Virus record (IMG/VR): IMGVR_UViG_3300037851_001030
Coordinates: 1 to 64,000 of that record
Reading direction: 5' to 3' (one strand)
DNA from: a virus
Length of the DNA: 64,000 nucleotides
The notes under the pieces were generated by a model, which worked only from the letters and a program-made list of their open reading frames with translations, had not been told where the DNA came from and did not search any database. The position numbers were made by a program, and so were the translations under genes. Positions 15,827-23,504 of this stretch are shown here, piece by piece (positions within the stretch are counted from its first letter, which is position 1; every line of letters starts with the position of its first letter).

Positions 15827-17967
15827 GGGCTAACCCTACCACGATCGTGATCGTCTTGCAATCGTCCGCGAGTGCTAGCTGGTAACAGGGCCGAAGGCCG
15901 ATTCAAAAGCTTGGGATCGACATCGGACGACTCAGGACTCGACTGCGCGACAGGATAGCTAACCCACTGAGCGGGGCCCATCGGGCCCCGGTGGGTTCGC
16001 TGTCCTGTCGCGGGGGCCTTCGGCCCCCTTCGAGTTTGGCCACGGACAACGGATCCACTCCTTGAATCCTCTAGTACAGTACGGATAGGGATCCCCTTAC
16101 TGGGATCCCTATCCGTATATAGATCAATCAAAGGAGGTATCTGTTCTATGGAGTTCTGCTCACCCTGTTCGGAGCGCTGAACAGCCTGAGACTGCTGGAG
16201 TCTGCGCTCGCGACGCTTCAGCAACCTCGCGTATTCTTCTTCTTCGCTGAAGTCGTTCCACTCGGCCTCGGGCTCCGGCTTCAGCTCGGGCTCGGGCGTG
16301 ACCTCGTCCCAGTTCTCGAGCGAGTCGAACAGGCCCTCTTCGGGAGCCCAGTTCTGGTACCCAAGGATCTCGGCCTCGCGGTCGAAGTCCGCCTGCTCGC
16401 GCTCGGCCTTCTGGTCGGCGCGCTCGCGCTCAGCCCGCTGGCGCTCACGCTCGGCGGTCGCCAGTGCCAGGCGCTCCTGCTCAGCCCGCTTGCGCCGGGC
16501 GGCCAGCCGCTGACAGTGCGTCCCGTAGGACGGCGTGCAGTCGACGAGGCCGTCGGGGCCCTCTCGCTTGAGCCCGACGAGCGCGGCGGTTGTGCGACCG
16601 CCGGTCCGTGATCGAACGCGATACGGGTGCTTCGTGCGGCCGGCGCGGACGCGGAACGCACGCGGAACCCGGATACCCTTGATGCCCTCCACCATGGTCT
16701 GCACGTCCTCACGGAGCTGTTCCCACTCGAGGTAGTTCCGGATCGAAATATCGTGGCCATCCCCTTGGGGCCGCGTCCAGCTACGAACGGCCGTGAACGC
16801 ACGGCAGCCTCGCGGGCGGTCGACGAGAAGGTCGAAGGGCCACATGTACTTCCGCCACAGGGCTTCGGGTACCGGACCGTAGTCAGGACCAGCGTACCCC
16901 TTCCGATAGGCCGCGCCGCAGGGAAGGTCGTAGGTCACGAGGTAGCCGCCGGGCACGCGCTGAGCGCGCGGCTGGCGCAGGCCCTTCCGTTCGCAGTTCA
17001 GCCGGATCTGGGCTAGCTGCCGGCCGCTTACGGGCCCGTTAACAATCTCGAGTGAGCGTCGGATGAGTCGGACCGGGATCCGGTTCTTGCGGATGGCTCG
17101 GTTCCAGGCACAGGCTGTAGACAGACTGATACCGAAGGCAGCCGCAGCCGTCTCGTTCGAGATATAGTAGCGCTGGCGCTTGCAGTCGGCTGGCCGACCA
17201 CCCCGCGTGGCGTCGGTTGCGCGGTCGAGCGCTCGGTAGCACTCTTGCGCGCTTGGTAGGTCGCCCTCGGGGTCGAACGCCTCCCGTACCCTGCGGTTGC
17301 GTTCGCCATCGCTTTGGGTGGCGCCTCCCCAGACCCCGCGCAGGCGCGAGTAGAGGGACTGAGCACAGAACGTGGCCCAGTGCCTGGCGTCGGCGCGGGG
17401 TCGGCGTGCCACGACCTCAGCAAGCGGTCGTCGCTCCGTGTAGTGGTGCGCCATGTAGAGCCAGCGGCGCACGTGGGATTCGATCCAGTTGTTTCGGTGC
17501 AGGTGGTCCTGGAGCGCTTCGAGGTAGGCATCGATCTCCGGGAACTTCAGCACCACGCGATCGCCCACGTACTCGACCCGTACGATTCCGGAGGCCGAAA
17601 GGCGGTCGAGAGCTGCGCGCGCGTACCGGTCGTTGGCTTTGCGCCCCATGCGATAGTGGCAGGTACTGGCCACCAGGTTGAGGACCTCGCGCCTGCGCGC
17701 GCTGTAGCTCTGGGCTACGTCGAGCTGGGTGATCTCGTGCGCGCACGCGAGCTGGAGTGAGATCGCGAGTACGGCTGACGGCATCCGACGGTGACCCTGG
17801 ACTCGGTCGTAGAGCGACGTGAGGAGCAGCCAGGAGTCGCGGATCTCGAGTCGGCTGCCGTAGACCTCGTCGAAGGTCGTCGCGATGTGGTCGCGCTCGA
17901 TCACTGTATCAGAATACGTAAGGTTTTCCGTCCACACGAACCAGCTCCACGAGCAGGAAGCCAACAT
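15823..17967 (-). CDS. Large DNA-binding protein (winged-helix/HTH plus Glu/Arg coiled coil); candidate replication initiator or regulator; both ends uncertain
   Basis: 714-codon open frame. HTH-like YYISNETAAAAFGISLSTACAWNRAIRKN. Coiled coil RKRAEQERLALATAERERQRAERERADQKAEREQ. An alternative GTG start at 17904 lies 5 nt after the upstream stop. The last ~105 codons lose GC3 bias and coincide with the hairpins. Confidence 0.65.
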   Translation of the reverse strand: MLASCSWSWFVWTENLTYSDTVIERDHIATTFDEVYGSRLEIRDSWLLLTSLYDRVQGHRRMPSAVLAISLQLACAHEITQLDVAQSYSARRREVLNLVASTCHYRMGRKANDRYARAALDRLSASGIVRVEYVGDRVVLKFPEIDAYLEALQDHLHRNNWIESHVRRWLYMAHHYTERRPLAEVVARRPRADARHWATFCAQSLYSRLRGVWGGATQSDGERNRRVREAFDPEGDLPSAQECYRALDRATDATRGGRPADCKRQRYYISNETAAAAFGISLSTACAWNRAIRKNRIPVRLIRRSLEIVNGPVSGRQLAQIRLNCERKGLRQPRAQRVPGGYLVTYDLPCGAAYRKGYAGPDYGPVPEALWRKYMWPFDLLVDRPRGCRAFTAVRSWTRPQGDGHDISIRNYLEWEQLREDVQTMVEGIKGIRVPRAFRVRAGRTKHPYRVRSRTGGRTTAALVGLKREGPDGLVDCTPSYGTHCQRLAARRKRAEQERLALATAERERQRAERERADQKAEREQADFDREAEILGYQNWAPEEGLFDSLENWDEVTPEPELKPEPEAEWNDFSEEEEYARLLKRRERRLQQSQAVQRSEQGEQNSIEQIPPLIDLYTDRDPSKGIPIRTVLEDSRSGSVVRGQTRRGPKAPATGQRTHRGPMGPAQWVSYPVAQSSPESSDVDPKLLNRPSALLPASTRGRLQDDHDRGRVSP
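15946..16028. other. Nested long hairpin (22-bp outer stem with one mismatch, plus a 7-bp GC inner stem) followed by a GGGGGCC-TTC-GGCCCCC hairpin
   Basis: CGCGACAGGATAGCTAACCCAC (15946..15967) pairs with GTGGGTTCGCTGTCCTGTCGCG (15991..16012). Inner stem GGGGCCC-ATC-GGGCCCC (15973..15989). Second hairpin at 16012..16028. Confidence 0.75.
16081..16116. other. Perfect 14-bp inverted repeat (ACGGATAGGGATCC / GGATCCCTATCCGT, 8-nt loop) next to an A/T-rich patch
   Basis: Read directly. Three GGATCC copies lie within 16050..16110. ATATAGATCAATCAAAGGAGG follows immediately. Confidence 0.75.
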
Positions 17968-18544
17968 CCGAGGCCTCGTCCGCGTGCACGTACATGATCC
18001 AGGGTGCGGACACGGGCTTGCTATTCCAGGGCTGCCAGACGACGAGGAGCTGGCCGCTGGGGTCGCGCCTCAGGTCTGGCACGCGGTCGCTCAAGACCAC
18101 CTGGTTCTCGAACAGGAGATCAGCTACGTCGGTTGTCGCGATCTCTAGCTGGTGGAAGCCCAGGCGCGAGAGCTGGTGCTTGGCCGCTTCGAGCGCACGA
18201 CCCGTGCGCGAGCTGACGAACGTGAGCGACATCGGTTGCGTGCTCTCGAGGTAGCGGAGCGCGTTCAGCACCACGGGGTTTGGAGCGAGCGCAGCGACCC
18301 GGAAGCTATCGTTGAACTGTGCGACCAGTTCCTCAGCCCGCCTGCGCTCGATACCAAGCACGGGCGCGAGCGCCCCGACGAAGTCTGGGGTCGTGAGCTG
18401 CTGGTGTCGAAGCGCTGTTTGCGGGTACAGGGGCCGGAGATAGGCAAGGAGACCACCCGCGTAATCCAAGAGCACACCATCTATCTCACAGTATACGTGC
18501 CTCAAGAGTCCTCTCAGCAGTGTCGGAGATAGGAGACGGCCCAC
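17909..18544 (-). CDS. HAD-superfamily hydrolase, 5'(3')-deoxyribonucleotidase-like; start uncertain
   Basis: N-terminal HVYCEIDGVLLDY matches the DxDGV HAD motif I. The GTG at 18544 overlaps the upstream gene by 31 nt. An internal TTG would give MRHVYCEIDG. Confidence 0.55.
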   Translation of the reverse strand: MGRLLSPTLLRGLLRHVYCEIDGVLLDYAGGLLAYLRPLYPQTALRHQQLTTPDFVGALAPVLGIERRRAEELVAQFNDSFRVAALAPNPVVLNALRYLESTQPMSLTFVSSRTGRALEAAKHQLSRLGFHQLEIATTDVADLLFENQVVLSDRVPDLRRDPSGQLLVVWQPWNSKPVSAPWIMYVHADEASDVGFLLVELVRVDGKPYVF

Positions 18545-18735
18545 GCCAGGTTCTGGACCGCGGTCAGCACCGATAGCTCCGGCGCGCGTTCTGACTTCTT
18601 GATCGCGACCGTGAGGTCGTCAAATAGCATACGGAGATCACCAAGGGGCATCTCGAAGAGCGGCCGGAGTACGGCCTCGATCGCCCGCACGTCGGAGTGC
18701 GCGTGAAGCGCTCGGGCAATGTCAGTGGCAGTCAC
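18514..18735 (-). CDS. Hypothetical protein (73 aa)
   Basis: Full track ORF with plausible helical composition. Confidence 0.6.
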   Translation of the reverse strand: MTATDIARALHAHSDVRAIEAVLRPLFEMPLGDLRMLFDDLTVAIKKSERAPELSVLTAVQNLAWAVSYLRHC

Positions 18736-18937
18736 AGCCCACCAGCTCGAAGGACCCTGGGATCAGATCGAACGCATGCCCGCAGCGTTCGCACGTGAAC
18801 GTCAGGACCAAAGCCCACTTATCAGCGTAGCCATGATCACGATTCGGCTTGAGCGTGGCGCCACAACCGGTCGTGAGGACGCGACACTCGGGGCACGTGG
18901 CGGAGACCGGCGAGGCACTGGGCTGGAACTTGAACAA
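18722..18937 (-). CDS. Zinc-ribbon protein (CPEC...CERC), 71 aa, TTG start
   Basis: Full track ORF with two CxxC pairs. First gene of the minus-strand block at a divergent junction. Confidence 0.6.
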   Translation of the reverse strand: MFKFQPSASPVSATCPECRVLTTGCGATLKPNRDHGYADKWALVLTFTCERCGHAFDLIPGSFELVGCDCH

Positions 18938-18992
18938 CGTTAGAACCCCCGCGTCATGGAAAGCTAAGCAGCGCTCAGGCTACCAGGCGCGC

Positions 18993-19022
18993 TTGACCGG
19001 CGTCAAGAATCTGTGCTAGAAC
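18993..19022 (+). promoter_or_regulatory. Candidate promoter for the plus-strand island, geometry compatible with a leaderless transcript
   Basis: TTGACC (18993..18998), an 18-nt spacer, then TAGAAC (19017..19022). The ATG at 19030 is 7 nt after the -10 element and has no Shine-Dalgarno. TTGACCGGCGTCAA is itself an inverted repeat. Confidence 0.3.
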
Positions 19023-19029
19023 AGAGTCC

Positions 19030-19338
19030 ATGGACATGCCTTCGTTCGAGGAGCTGGTACGACGTTTGGAAATGGTGGAGCGCAAGCTCTCGGTGCCGGT
19101 ACCGCGTACCACGTGCTTGGGTAGTGCCGAGGCCACGGTGGCCGCGCAGCTCGACATCCAGCACAGCGCCTCGGCTCAGGGCGCGTTCGTGACGACGGAG
19201 CTAGAAAAGGGCGTAGATGGCGAGTGGCACTACCGCGGCCGCCCCGCGCATCAGGTCGTGATCCGCGCGTTCCTTGACGGACTCAAGCCGGGGGTCGTGC
19301 TTCGCGTTTTGGCACCTACCAAGGGAGATAAACCATGA
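19030..19338 (+). CDS. Hypothetical protein (102 aa), translationally coupled to the caspase-like gene
   Basis: Full track ORF. ATGA overlap with the next gene. Confidence 0.65.
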   Translation: MDMPSFEELVRRLEMVERKLSVPVPRTTCLGSAEATVAAQLDIQHSASAQGAFVTTELEKGVDGEWHYRGRPAHQVVIRAFLDGLKPGVVLRVLAPTKGDKP

Positions 19339-20174
19339 TTCGCAAGGCCCTGCTCGTCGGGATCAACGCGTACGACGACTCCCCGCTTAGCGGGTGCGTG
19401 AACGATGCGATCGACCTCCGGGCCATGCTCATCAGTCGAGGCTGGGAGTCGAAGAACATCCGGATGCTGTGCGACCACCGGGCCACGGATCGGGCCATGC
19501 GAGAGCGCCTGCGCTGGCTGACGTACGACACCAAGAGCGACGCCCAGCTCGTGTTCGGGTTCTCCGGTCACGGGACTCAGCTCCGCGACCGATCGGGTGA
19601 CGAGGACTTGCTCGACCACAAGGACGAGGCTCTCTGCCCGATCGACTATGATGACATCTGGGATAATCCGTTCATCGACGACGTGCTGGCCGACGAATTC
19701 AAGCGCCTCGGCAGGAACCAGCGGCTGACGGTCGTGCTCGATTGCTGCCACTCGGGCACGGGCACGCGCGCCGTGCGCAATCCGGAGGAGATCAAGACGG
19801 AGCTGACCCCGATGCGCCGGGCGAAGTTCGTGCGCGCTCCGATCGACGTCGAGCTACGGGCCGAAGGGTGCACCGCAACCCGAAGGCTCGGTGTCAAGCG
19901 CCGCGGCCTGACGTTCGACACGGACCCCGCCATGCGCCACGTGCTGATCGCTGCCTGTCAGAGCAACCAGACGGCGGCCGACGCCCAGTTCGGTGACCGA
20001 CCCAACGGCGCGCTCACCCGGCACCTGCTGAACGCGTTCAAGACCCTAGGGCCGGCCCATACGTGGGTGGACATCATGCTCGAGACGGCTCGCACGCTCA
20101 AGGCCGACGGCTTCGAGCAGACGCCTGCGCTCGAAGGCATGGCGTCGCTCATCAATGGCTACCCAGACTTCTAG
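19335..20174 (+). CDS. Caspase-like (peptidase C14 / metacaspase-type) cysteine protease, 279 aa
   Basis: ALLVGINAYDDSPLSGCVNDA, the His site FGFSGHGTQ and the Cys site VVLDCCHSGTG occur in canonical order and spacing. GGGAGATAAACC lies upstream of the ATG. Confidence 0.85.
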   Translation: MIRKALLVGINAYDDSPLSGCVNDAIDLRAMLISRGWESKNIRMLCDHRATDRAMRERLRWLTYDTKSDAQLVFGFSGHGTQLRDRSGDEDLLDHKDEALCPIDYDDIWDNPFIDDVLADEFKRLGRNQRLTVVLDCCHSGTGTRAVRNPEEIKTELTPMRRAKFVRAPIDVELRAEGCTATRRLGVKRRGLTFDTDPAMRHVLIAACQSNQTAADAQFGDRPNGALTRHLLNAFKTLGPAHTWVDIMLETARTLKADGFEQTPALEGMASLINGYPDF

Positions 20175-20409
20175 ACCATACATGTCGGCGACCGAGTATC
20201 GCGCAAGGTACGACTTGACGACGGTACCTGGATTCGAAAAGGGGACGCGTGCCTCCGATCTAGTCCTCGGAGATACGGGACCATTCGTAGGTTGTCGTTC
20301 GAGAACACGGTCTTTGTCTACGAGGTAGAGTGGGACGACGGCTAACACGGTCGTTATTTTCGCCACGGAATAGACCCGGAGCCCGAGACCTCGGGAAGGA
20401 TAGTATGAA

Positions 20410-20751
20410 ATGGTCGATCGTGTTCTTGAGCTTTTCGAGCGGTTTGTCGTGGCCTACGAGCGTCGCGTTGAGCTGCTTTCGGCCTCGGCTCAGTCCTCGG
20501 TCTCAGCCTCGTCAACCTACACGGCTCTTCGTATTCGAGGCGGCTACGAATCCAAGCACAAGATCCAGTTCATCAAGGACGTCCGAGAGCTAACGGGAAT
20601 CGGCCTCAAAGAGGCCAAGAACGTCGTTGAGGGAGCGCGTCCCCTCATCGTGAAGACGAAGATGGTAGAGAGTATCTCTGAGGCGGCTGCCCGCTCCGCA
20701 TTGGTTATTCTCGAGAGCCTCGAGAATAACCTACCGATCGTGGTGTGGTGA
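20410..20751 (+). CDS. Ribosomal protein L7/L12 C-terminal-domain-like protein (113 aa)
   Basis: KIQFIKDVRELTGIGLKEAKNVVEGA closely parallels the L12 CTD core ([26 protein letters not shown]). GGGAAGGA lies upstream of the ATG. Confidence 0.7.
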   Translation: MVDRVLELFERFVVAYERRVELLSASAQSSVSASSTYTALRIRGGYESKHKIQFIKDVRELTGIGLKEAKNVVEGARPLIVKTKMVESISEAAARSALVILESLENNLPIVVW

Positions 20752-20755
20752 CCCG

Positions 20756-21115
20756 ATGAGCAGAGACCTTGGCGACTACAAGAGCCACGAATACTCGCCA
20801 CCAGACAGTAACGGCCGCGTGCTCTGTGAGTTCTACTGCGGCGAGTGCGTCGGGTACGTGTACGTGAAGCTCAACACCGCGCTCGAGGGCAACCACGTGG
20901 TTAACTGTCCAAACTGTGGGCACAAGCACTATCGCGTCGTCAAGGACGGGATCATCACCGACTGCCGGTTCAACGAGAACCAGGCGATCGCCGACGAGAT
21001 CGTGCCTATGAGGAGCGCCTGGCAGAAGGAGCGCCGGCCGCCCCCAGAGCTGGAGCCGGGTAAGGGCGCGGTCGCGATCATCCGTCAGCTCGAGGCCGTG
21101 GGAGAACACCGCTGA
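20756..21115 (+). CDS. Zinc-ribbon protein (CGEC...CPNCGH), 119 aa
   Basis: Full track ORF with plausible composition. Confidence 0.7.
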   Translation: MSRDLGDYKSHEYSPPDSNGRVLCEFYCGECVGYVYVKLNTALEGNHVVNCPNCGHKHYRVVKDGIITDCRFNENQAIADEIVPMRSAWQKERRPPPELEPGKGAVAIIRQLEAVGEHR

Positions 21116-21129
21116 GGAAGGAGAAGGCC

Positions 21130-21285
21130 ATGGAGAACAGTCAGGGGTACAGCGTCCGCTCGTGGAGGGAGAAGGAGGTCCGCACGTCCTGGGCTCGCAA
21201 GATCCTGCGCGAGATGGTGAAGCACGAGGTTGTGCGAGAGGTCGGTGTGGCTGGACGGTCCCGGACTTATGAGGCCGTGACATAG
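21130..21285 (+). CDS. Small protein (51 aa), possibly winged-helix
   Basis: Below the track size cutoff. ATG 21130 preceded by GGAAGGAGAAGG. MENSQGYSVRSWREKEVRTSWARKILREMVKHEVVREVGVAGRSRTYEAVT, then TAG. Confidence 0.45.
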   Translation: MENSQGYSVRSWREKEVRTSWARKILREMVKHEVVREVGVAGRSRTYEAVT

Positions 21286-21571
21286 CATCATGGTGGAGCT
21301 TTGACAACATCTCCTGGGTTGGACCGTATCCGACGATGAAGGTTGCGCTGACCGAGGCGCGGTGGACCATATCTGCGTCCGACCGACTGGAGAACGAAGG
21401 GTGAGTGATGATCGCGGATGTTGGCGACGCTGGACCATGCCGGGTACGATCCGAAGACGTCCCGGTGGTCGGCGCGTCGTCGTTGTTCAGCGACCATTGC
21501 CTGCGGTCGTCCGCTTCGCTTACAGACCACCCGAACGAGACCTCGTGATCGAGGAAGAAAGGACCAAGGCC

Positions 21572-21931
21572 ATGGGAGAAGCTAAGGACATCGTGGGGGT
21601 TGCGGCCGCGCCCAAGTCGCAGAGCCCGGACCGCCCGGAGCCGCAGGCTCGCGCGTTCCGCGATCGTAAGCTCCAGGTGGGATCACGCGCACGCGCAGGC
21701 GCCGGCACTGGCGTGCTCGGAGACCTATCGACCATGGTGGACCGACTCGATCGCGCGATCGAGGTCAAGCTTCAGGACCTCGACAACGAGCCTACCGCGA
21801 TCGCCGAGAACCACGTCAAGCTCGGTCTCCTGCGCGGGTCCTCCGCTCTTATCCGGAGAGCAAAGGCCATGCTCGAGGACTACGGACGCGACCTGGCGGA
21901 CGACATGGACCCGGCGGTTGATGTCGGCTGA
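21572..21931 (+). CDS. Hypothetical protein (119 aa)
   Basis: Internal ATG 21572 of track ORF 21362..21931, preceded by GAGGAAGAAAGGA. The upstream part is Arg-rich off-frame sequence. Confidence 0.6.
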   Translation: MGEAKDIVGVAAAPKSQSPDRPEPQARAFRDRKLQVGSRARAGAGTGVLGDLSTMVDRLDRAIEVKLQDLDNEPTAIAENHVKLGLLRGSSALIRRAKAMLEDYGRDLADDMDPAVDVG

Positions 21932-22281
21932 TGGAGGACGCGATGGTCGGTCCGAGTGACGATGGTAAGCACTTCGACGGTTCCGGTATTCCAACGCTGG
22001 CCGAAGTCCGGGCGCGCTCGGCGGAGCGAAGCAGCCCGCCTGTCGAGAGCGCGAGGGACATCGCGGACAAGGTCATGAGCGCCACCTGGCAGGCGATGCG
22101 CAACGACCGGCGCTTGCAGCCGTACGCGAATGGCGCGATCGAGATGGCCCTCGCGCTCCGCGCGTTTGATGCCGAGCACGCGGAGCTGTGGTCTCACCGG
22201 CTCAATACTTGTCCGGGTCACGAGGATGAGGGCGGACGCGACTGGTGCGCTTACTGTGGACCGCTACCGAAAGGATCGTAG
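21931..22281 (+). CDS. Hypothetical protein (116 aa)
   Basis: Full track ORF. TGATG overlap with the upstream gene. Confidence 0.65.
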   Translation: MEDAMVGPSDDGKHFDGSGIPTLAEVRARSAERSSPPVESARDIADKVMSATWQAMRNDRRLQPYANGAIEMALALRAFDAEHAELWSHRLNTCPGHEDEGGRDWCAYCGPLPKGS

Positions 22282-22283
22282 AC

Positions 22284-22733
22284 ATGCCACTGTCTCTCAA
22301 CACGCCGTCGAGTGCCAGGCCCCAGCGGCTGGTGTGGGACCCCAAGAACCGAGACGACGCGCACCAGGCCGGCCTACGAACGGGAGAGCTTCTACGCCAG
22401 GGGTGGACGCCAGCGCGGCCGCTGTCCGACGCCGAGATCGTAGGTGAGCAGCTAATGTATCCACCTACGAAGCCAGCGTACGAGGGCGTCATGCGGGTCC
22501 TCGATGAAAACGGTGACAGCCGCGTCGTGTGGGACCGGCGCGACAAGAACCAGGTGAAGGAGGCGTTCGCCAAGTTCAAGGACTTCATCGTCAAGGGCTA
22601 TCGCGCCTACGTGGTGAGGGGCGACGGTAGCCGCGGGAGCCGGCTCGACGAGTTCGACCCTCTGCTCGAAGAGATCCTCGTCGGGTCGAGGCCCGAGGAG
22701 CTGGTCATGGTGCCCGCCACGGTACCCAGCTAG
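22284..22733 (+). CDS. Hypothetical protein (149 aa)
   Basis: Internal ATG 22284 (MPLSLNTPSS...), 2 nt after the upstream stop. Confidence 0.65.
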   Translation: MPLSLNTPSSARPQRLVWDPKNRDDAHQAGLRTGELLRQGWTPARPLSDAEIVGEQLMYPPTKPAYEGVMRVLDENGDSRVVWDRRDKNQVKEAFAKFKDFIVKGYRAYVVRGDGSRGSRLDEFDPLLEEILVGSRPEELVMVPATVPS

Positions 22734-22743
22734 GAGGTTACCT

Positions 22744-23496
22744 ATGGTTACGAACACCATAACCTGGCATTCGGATAACAGCATGTGGAGCCCAGACCTG
22801 TGGACCAATTACACCCCCAGCTCCTGGGTCACTCAGGACGAGATGGCGGCGTCCAACCATATCTGGGTTGTGCCTTCGCTGGCGACCGTCACGTCGGCGT
22901 CAATCACTAGCGCTGTAGATACGAACTGGGTATGGGTACGTTCGTGGCAAGCCGATGCGGATTCGTCGGGCGGCACGCTGACGGCCGGCAGTTGGTGGCA
23001 CACGGTTCCCGAGGCGCAGAATTACTGGGTCATCAACGGGCTGCCCGAGCTGTCGAAGGCCGAACGGTTCCGTGAGCGGTTGCGGTCCCAGATGGACCCT
23101 GCATTGCGTTCGAGGTCCGACCCCAACCAGTTCGGGAACGTGGCGCAGAACGAGATCGTGGCACTCCAACTGCTGAAGTCCATGGTGAGCACCGATCGCT
23201 GGCGCAAGTACCTCAAGCATGGGTTCGTGGACGTGGTTGGGAGAAGTGGCCTCGTGTATCAGATCACGAGGGGAAAGTCGCACGTGCGTGTGTTCCGTCA
23301 AGGTGAGCGCCTCGCCGAGCTATGCGTGGTCCTTAAGAACCGGCACGCCATGCCGCCCACCGACGAGGTGATCACGCGCATGCTTATCGCGGAGAGCGAC
23401 GAGTCCGACCTCTGGCGCCGAGCCAACGTGTACGGCCTTAAGCATCCTCGGCCCCAGACTGAGGAGGATCTGGCCCGCATCGTGCTCGCGGCCTAG
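22744..23496 (+). CDS. Hypothetical Trp-rich protein (250 aa)
   Basis: ATG preceded by TAGGAGGTTACCT. Full track ORF. Confidence 0.7.
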   Translation: MVTNTITWHSDNSMWSPDLWTNYTPSSWVTQDEMAASNHIWVVPSLATVTSASITSAVDTNWVWVRSWQADADSSGGTLTAGSWWHTVPEAQNYWVINGLPELSKAERFRERLRSQMDPALRSRSDPNQFGNVAQNEIVALQLLKSMVSTDRWRKYLKHGFVDVVGRSGLVYQITRGKSHVRVFRQGERLAELCVVLKNRHAMPPTDEVITRMLIAESDESDLWRRANVYGLKHPRPQTEEDLARIVLAA

Positions 23497-23504
23497 CTTT
23501 TGGT

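Noticed and set aside
15946-16116. Possibility that the hairpin cluster is a tRNA, tmRNA or other known small RNA gene.
   Set aside because: I could not draw a cloverleaf, T-loop or tag-reading-frame features on either strand. It is kept only as unclassified structure.
16131-16180. Perfect AAGGAGGT-9 nt-ATG on the plus strand opening MEFCSPCSER.
   Set aside because: It is only 10 codons, antisense to a long ORF, with no supporting promoter. It is probably a by-product of the A/T-rich patch and is mentioned under the hairpin finding.
19251-21370. Minus-strand ORFs 19251..19751, 20046..20366 and 20705..21370.
   Set aside because: They are antisense to well-supported plus-strand genes (caspase-like, L12-like, zinc ribbon), have poor composition and lack ribosome-binding sites.
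21336-21548. Two tiny plus-strand ORFs (22 aa at 21336..21404; 46 aa at 21408..21548) in the gap before gene 21572.
   Set aside because: They have only weak ribosome-binding sites and moderate GC3, and no recognisable motif. The evidence is too thin to call them genes.
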